A stretch of 64,000 bases of DNA from Haliotis rufescens (taxonomy: Eukaryota): positions 39,370,001-39,434,000 of the forward strand of contig NW_025963780.1 in assembly GCF_023055435.1 (NCBI RefSeq), given 5' to 3'. This document shows positions 57,101 to 64,000 of this stretch, in pieces. Position 1 is the stretch's first letter; every line of letters starts with the position of its first letter. Below the pieces are notes generated by a model, which did not search any database, was not told the origin of the DNA, and saw only the letters and a list, made by a program, of their open reading frames with translations. A program made the position numbers and the translations under genes.

Positions 57101-60100
57101 TGTATGTAGGGCTGCTAGTCTCTTCTATCCTGTGTATGTAGCTACAGGGCTGCTTGTTTCTTCTATCCTGTGTATGTAGGGCTGCTTGTTTCTTCTATCC
57201 TGTGTATATGGCTGCTAGTTTCTTGTATCCTGTGTATCTAGGGCTACTTGTTTTTTCTATCCTGTGTATGTAGGGCTGCTTGTTTCTTCTATCCTGTTTA
57301 TGTAGGGCTGCTAGTTTCTTCTATCCTGTGTATGTAGGGCTGCTAGTTTCTTCTATCCTGTGTATGTAGGGCTGCTTGTTTCTTCTATCCTGTGTATGTA
57401 GGGCTGTTAGTTCCTTCTATCCTGTGTATGTAGGGCTGCTAGTTTCTTCTATCCTGTGTATGTAGGGCTGTTAGTTTCTTCTATCCTGTGTATGTGGGGC
57501 TGCTTGTTTCTTGTATCCTGTGTATGTAAGGCTGCTTGTTTCTTCTATGCTGTGTATGTAGGGTTCCTTGTTTCTTCTATCCTGTGTATGTAGGGCTGTT
57601 AGTTCCTTCTATCCTGTGTATGTAGGGCTGCTAGATTCTTCTATCCTGTGTATGTATGTGGGGCTGCTAGTTTCTTCTATCCTGTGTATGTAGGGATACT
57701 TGTTTCTTCTATCCTGTGTATGTAGGGCTGCTTGCTTCTTGTATCCTGTGTATGTAGGGCTGCTTGTTTCTTCTATCCTGTGAATGTAGGGATACTTGTT
57801 TCTTGTATCCTGTGTATGTAGGGCTGCTTGTTTCTTCTATCCTGTGTATGTGGGACTGCTTGTTTCTTCTGTCCTGTGTATGTAGGGCTGGTAGTTTCTT
57901 GTTTCCTGTTTATGTAGGGCTGTTAGTTGCTTCTATCCTGTGTAAGTAGGGCTGTTAGTTTCTTCTATCCTGTGTATGTAGGGCTGCTTGTTTCTTCTAT
58001 CCTGTGTAAGTAGGGCTGTTAGTTTCTTCTATCCTGTGTATGTGGGGCTGCTTGTTTCTTGTATCCTGTGTATGTAGGGCTGCTTGTTTCTTCTGTCCTG
58101 TGTATGTAGGGTTGCTTGTTTCTTCTATCCTGTGTATGTAGGGCTGTTAGTTCCTTCTATCCTGTGTATTTAGGGCTGCTAGTTTCTTCTATCCTGTGTA
58201 TGTAGGGATACTTGTTTCTTGTATCCTGTGTATGTAGGGCTGCTTGTTTCTTCTATCCTGTGTATGCGGGGCTGCTTGTTTCTTCTATCCTGTGTATGTA
58301 GGGATACTTGTTTCTTGTATCCTGTGTATGTAGGGCTGCTTGTTTCTTCTATCCTGTGTATGTGGGGCTGCTTGTTTCTTCTGTCCTGTGTATGTAGGGC
58401 TGCTAGTTTCTTGTATCCTGTGTATGAAGGGCGGCTAGTTTCTTGTATCCTGTGTATGTAGGGTTGCTTGTTTCTTCTATCCTGTGTATGTAGTGTTGCT
58501 AGTTTCTTGTATCCTATGTATGTAGGGATACTTGTTTATTGTATCCTGTGTATGTAGGGCTGCTTGTTTCTTCTATCCTGTGTATATAGGACTGCTTGTT
58601 TCTTCTATCCTGTGTATGTGGGGCTGCTTGTTTCTTCTATCCTGTGTATGTAGTGTTGCTAGTTTCTTGTATCCTGTGTATGTAGGGATACTTGTTTCTT
58701 GTATCCTGTGTATGTAGGGATACTTGTTTCTTCTATCCTGTGTATGTAGGGCTGCTTGTTTCTTCTATCCTGAGTATGTAGGGCTGCTTGTTTCTTCTAT
58801 CCTGTGTATGTAGGGCTGCTTGTTTCTTCTGTCCTGTGTATGTAGGGCTGCTAGTTTCTTGTATCCTGTGTATGTAGGGATACCTGTTTCTTCTATCCTG
58901 TGTATGTAGGGCTGCTAGTTTCTTCTATCCTGTGTATGTAGGGCTGCTAGTTTCTTCTATCCTGTGTATGTAGGGCTGCTAGTCTCTTCTATCCTGTGTA
59001 TGTAGCTACAGGGCTGCTAGTTTCTTCTATCCTGTGTATGTAGGGCTGCTAGTCTCTTCTATCCTGTGTATGTAGCTACAGGGCTGCTTGTTTCTTCTAT
59101 CCTGTGTATGTAGGGCTGCTTGTTTCTTCTATCCTGTGTATATGGCTGCTAGTTTCTTGTATCCTGTGTATCTAGGGCTACTTGTTTCTTCTATCCTGTG
59201 TATGTAGGGCTACTTGTTTTTTCTATCCTGTGTATGTAGGGCTGCTTGTTTCTTCTATCCTGTTTATGTAGGGCTGCTAGTTTCTTCTATCCTGTGTATG
59301 TAGGGCTGCTAGTTTCTTCTATCCTGGGTATGTAGGGCTGCTTGTTCCTTCTATCCTGTGCATGTAGGGTGCTTGTTTCTTCTATCCTGTGTATGTAGGG
59401 CTGCTTGTTTCTTCTATCCTGTGTATGTAGGGCTGCTAGTTTCTTGTATCCTGTCTATGTAGGGCTGCTTGTTTCTTCTATCCTGTGTATGTAGGACTGC
59501 TTGTTTCTTCTACCCTGTGTATGTAGGGCTGCTTGTTTCTTCTATCCTGTGTATGTAGGGCTGCTTGTTTCTTCTGTCCTGTGTATGTAGGGCTGCTTGT
59601 TTCTTGTATCCTGTGTATGTAGTGCTGCTTGTTTCTTCTATCCTGAGTATGTAGGGCTGCTTGTTTCTTCTATCCTGTGTATGTAGGGTTGCTTGTTTCT
59701 TCTATCCTGTGTATGTAGGGCTGCTAGTTTCTTGTATCCTGTGTATGTAGGGATACCTGTTTCTTCTATCCTGTGTATGTAGGGCTGCTAGTTTCTTCTA
59801 TCCTGTGTATGTAGGGCTGCTAGTTTCTTCTATCCTGTGTATGTAGGGCTGCTAGTCTCTTCTATCCTGTGTATGTAGGGCTGCTTGTTTCTTCTATCCT
59901 GTGTATCTAGGGCTACTTGTTTCTTCTATCCTGTGTATGTAGGGCTACTTGTTGTTTCTATCCTGTGTATGTAGGGCTGCTTGTTTCTTCTATCCTGTTT
60001 ATGTAGGGCTGCTAGTTTCTTGTATCCTGTGTATGTAGGGCTACTTGTTTCTTCTATCTTGTGTATGTAGGGCTGCTTGTTTCGTCTATCCTGTGTATGT

Positions 60101-60520
60101 AGGGCTGCTTGTTTATTGTATCCTGTGCATGTAGGGCTCCTTGTTTATTGTATCCTGTGTATGTAGGGCTGCTAGTTTCTTGTATCCTGTGTATGTGTGG
60201 CTGCTAGTTTCTTGTATCCTGTGTATGTGGGGCTACTTGTTTTTTCTATCCTGTGTATGTAGGGCTGCTTGTTTCTTCTATCCTGTGTATGTAGGGCTGC
60301 TTGTTTCTTCTATCCTGGGTATGTAGGGCTGCTTGTTTCTTCTATCCTGTGTATGTAGGGCTGCTTGTTTCTTCTATCCTGTGTATGTAGGGCTGCTAGT
60401 TTCTTCTATCCTGTGTATGTAGGGCTACTTGTTACTTGTATCCTGTGTATGTAGGGCTGCTTGTTTCCTCTATGCTGTGTATGTAGGGCTGCTTGTTTCC
60501 TCTATGCTGTGTATGTATGG
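51157..60520. repeat. 32-bp satellite, about 290 copies, with higher-order duplications of about 2 kb
   Basis: Same unit; variant patterns recur at offsets 2068 and 1934. Confidence 0.97.
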
Positions 60521-60756
60521 ACGCATGCTCTTACCCAATGTATGCTTAAGGGGGCGCGTGCCAGCGTGCGTGGAGGAAAGTTAATGTTACACTCTATAAG
60601 GAAAAACTGTGACTTCTACACAATGCCCCTCTATTATCATACAAACGTGCATGGTTACAAAATTCCCACGTTTCATGACAATCGTTATTCTGTACATATA
60701 CTGATATCATTGTGTATGTGCATTGTAATATTTATCTAACACACGTTCATTGATAC

Positions 60757-60908
60757 CATCCCGCGATTGGGATACGATGACATGCATCAACCAAGTCAGT
60801 GATCCGGACCACCCGATCCCGTTTGTCGCTTCTTACGACAAGCATGGTCACCTTTTACCGCAAGCATGGGTTGCTGAAGACCTATTCTACCCCAGATCTT
60901 CACGGGTC
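60757..60908 (-). mobile_element. SINE-like repeat (family B), partial
   Basis: Similar to 49005-49139. Confidence 0.75.
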
Positions 60909-62874
60909 AGCAAGCAGGCAAACAAGCAAGCAAACACGCACGCACGCAGTGTGGTATTCAGGAAGCTATGTCATTGAAAACAGTCAATTTAGAAATATAT
61001 TGATAAAATCCTGTTTATATTTAAAATCAACCGTTAATAACATTCGAAGAACAATTAGCGCTCTGGCAGACTTTCTTATCTTTATTATCCTGCCTTGAAT
61101 AGAGTCTGAAACAACGCCTATACACATTGTGAATTTATGAATAAATTGTCCGACATTGCTTTACAGTGTCCTTGTAGTCATTGTACCTTTTCCGTAGGCA
61201 GTTTATGCTGTCATTTTAGGTAGTTTCCAGTGCGATATGATGTCGGTGTATAAAGTGACACCTGCTCGTGGTAGTTTGTCACATACATATACATGTTTTG
61301 CCAATATCGCTGAGTGTAGGTTTCAGTTCCACGGCATTACGTCGCACTATGATATTCTGCACTGAACACAGGTTTTCAGTAAGTACCGTACAGCTAGGTG
61401 GTACTCAGAATCAAATCGGGTATTACATATCTCATGAAATAATGTTCAGCTCGTTGTATATCAACTGTTATTAGTTTTGGAAGGATAACTACCATGAAAC
61501 GTCAGAAAATGAACACCCCTGTGCCTGAAGTTATTTATTTCCTGCCCAGTATTGATTCTGAAACGCCGCGTTCACGCAAGCACGCACGCACATACGCACG
61601 CACGCACGCGGTAACTGCTTCTTTGAAACTATAACGTAAATAACTTATGCAAACACATACTTTCTACTGGATTACTTCTTTACTTCTTCATATCTAAACA
61701 CGTTCAGTCGGTTAATCGACATAACTGTGAAGATATTTGTGTCCGTAATGTTAAAACAATTCTGTCTCACAAACCGTGTTGTTTTAAAAGAGCTACTCTG
61801 TCTGCCAGCTCTCTCACAGCGAATATCAGTGTCACGGAGTATACTGTGTGTACAACGGATTCTCATGATTATCGAACGTGTTCTGTCGCTTTTATATATT
61901 CTCTTGCATTGACAAGTTATACCGTTTAGAAATAATACAGACATTTCATAAAAGCGGCTGACGTAGTTTCCTTACTGTGTTATCCACCTCGGTAAATACG
62001 ATGAATCACGATTCAGATATTTCCATAATAGCTTCAAAGTGACAATATACCCTGTTTGTCAATGCTGGAACAGGGCAATACGGGTGAAGTGGGAAGGAGG
62101 AAAGTTTCTGGAGGAAACGTACTGATGAGATATGTGTCATGATAACGATGTTACTTTATTCTGCTCGGCATTTTATAGCTAAACTGACGATGTTTGGAAA
62201 GTATACCGATTAGTGCTCGCTGGTATTTTACTGTTGACTGATAACGTTCGCTTGCCATGCCACTGTTTTAATACTGTTATGTGCACGAATATAATGCCTC
62301 ACTATTGCAAATGTTCTTCACAGGGTCATTTTATGCAGCATCGCCCAAACGCAGCAACTTGCGACGATCTGTCATTTGTTACGTTCTGTCGAACATTACT
62401 ATTACCTAACCCACCTCCCATGAACTATGTATATTGTTTTCAATTATATTGTTTTATTCTCTATTACGAACGTACGTTTATATGGTTATCACACAACGGA
62501 TGAGGTGTAGTTGTTTGTCATCCTGACATGAAGACAAAAAATAGCAAAGTCCACGTGCACCAGGGACATTGTACACAAGTGAAGGATGTTTGTGTATTTA
62601 TGAACAATAAAAGCGACAATGCCATTTCCATAATCATGTGAGGGCTCTGAACTATATTATTAAAAGGGAAAAGTCTAACAGAGGAAAGCCTGTTCACAGA
62701 ATATACACCTGGTCATTATCAGAACAGAAATAAGCGACTTGTAAAACTATAAACTTCCTGCACAGATATGATACAAGTTGGACTATAGCAGAGAACTCGA
62801 GCTCTAAGCAGAAAGTAAGGTTCTTAAAAGATTTTCTGAGTCATATAGACAAACAACAGTGGTCATTTGAAATC

Positions 62875-63180
62875 TTGGAATACAGAGAAGAAAAAGTAAA
62901 TGGGAAAAAAACAACACTCAGAAGTTTTAAATTTGAGTCCGCTCCCAGCTCGTATTTTAAAAGTATTAAACGAAGAGACGAAATAAGTATTATTTCCAAG
63001 ATCAGGTGTGGTTACCTTCCACACTTCATTGAAACCGGACGCTATGCCAAGCTACCCACCCCTTTGATGCAAAGGACATGTAAATACGGTACAAGCTGCT
63101 ATGGTGCTCTTGAAGATAAGAAACATTTCCTCGCCGACCGTCATCTCTATTCTGACAGGATACGACCTAATTCGTGCTGC
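62875..63180 (+). mobile_element. Non-LTR retrotransposon C-terminal fragment
   Basis: ISKIRCGYLPHFIETGRY...RTC...EDKKHFL resembles the LINE ORF2 C-terminal IETGR / C..C / ED..HFL zinc-binding region. Confidence 0.7.
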
Positions 63181-63374
63181 CGAATCTTTGAACCCTGACC
63201 TTACCCTATATGACTCTGCGCATAAATTATGTTACATAGCATAATACAACCTATAGTCTCTCCGTGCCAACATTATAAGACTACAGTATAACAGAAGAAT
63301 ACAGACTAAACTTCAGTCAAATTATGTTACATTCCATAAGGTGTTTATCTAGAGCCTCTCCTTGTCAAAATAGT

Positions 63375-63562
63375 AAGGTGAGGTGAGATGGGGTCTAATG
63401 TAACGTCCAAGATTTTTGCACTTACATAACGATGCGCACATGTGTATCACTGCGTACAGTTTAACATGATTACCCCACTCAGACAAAGTATACCGACTCC
63501 GATGCCTTGTTTTAGCCTCTTAAGCCGAGTGTCAGACAGGGTAACAAGACGTACCATTTTAA
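63375..63562 (-). mobile_element. SINE family C, 5'-truncated copy
   Basis: Shares ggtgaggtga, cgtccaagat, taccccactcagaca and cagacagggtaacaa with 2242-2600. Confidence 0.75.
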
Positions 63563-63789
63563 GACTGCAATAAAACAGATGAATGCAGACTAAAGTGATT
63601 TTATGAATGATTTAGTTACCTTTAACCGTGCTCGTGTCTCCATTTACGAATGCTTCAGGTTTTGTTTGTTGTCCGTGTGCAACGTCTATTAGGAGGGCTG
63701 TAACAGCTTGTTTTTGTTTACAATACAAATCTTACTACTCGATGTATCTGGATGACTGGAACTGTGGTGACATAGGAGCTAGAGGTCCC

Positions 63790-64000
63790 TTATATCCCCA
63801 CATACCCCCACATACCCAGGATAGGAGTAAATTATATCCTCACATACCCGAGCGAAAGCTCGTCAGATACCACAACTATTCACGAGTTTCATAAAATTGG
63901 TATTACACGGGAGCTCGTTTAGTATTCTATATTTCTGACATACCCAGGATGGAAGTAAATTATATTCTGACATACCCAGGATGGAAGTAAATTATATTCT
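63790..64000. repeat. Start of a tandem repeat of about 32 bp
   Basis: catacccaggatggaagtaaattatattctga repeats to the window end. Confidence 0.7.

Noticed and set aside
47927-60739. Hydrophobic Cys-rich ORFs
   Set aside because: Translations of the 32-bp satellite with periodic stops

Overview
AT-rich, intron-rich animal genomic DNA. The repeat families suggest a mollusc, possibly a gastropod, but that is my inference only. Two convergent protein-coding genes can be spliced by hand. (1) Plus strand: the last three coding exons (2018-4866) of a VOPP1-like single-pass membrane protein with a Cys-rich ectodomain, a TM helix and a PPxY tail. (2) Minus strand: a 23-exon, about 1244-aa receptor (14045-44693) in which every intron phase is compatible. 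Its layout is signal peptide, EMI-like, 2 EGF-like, a long unassigned region, FN3, TM and a tyrosine-kinase fold. The catalytic motifs are lost (HRD>HRK, DFG>GCG, alphaC Glu>Lys), so it is a predicted receptor tyrosine pseudokinase. A tandem segmental duplication (about 44610-48855 and 49470-61315) provides a second intact TATA/Inr promoter and signal-peptide exon; each copy lies beside a differently expanded 32-bp satellite. Three tandem arrays are amplified exon-intron junctions. The rest is minisatellites, three SINE-type families, a tRNA-containing palindrome, two Tc1 elements, one mariner, and LINE and Gypsy fragments. Most ORFs in the supplied track are repeat artefacts.
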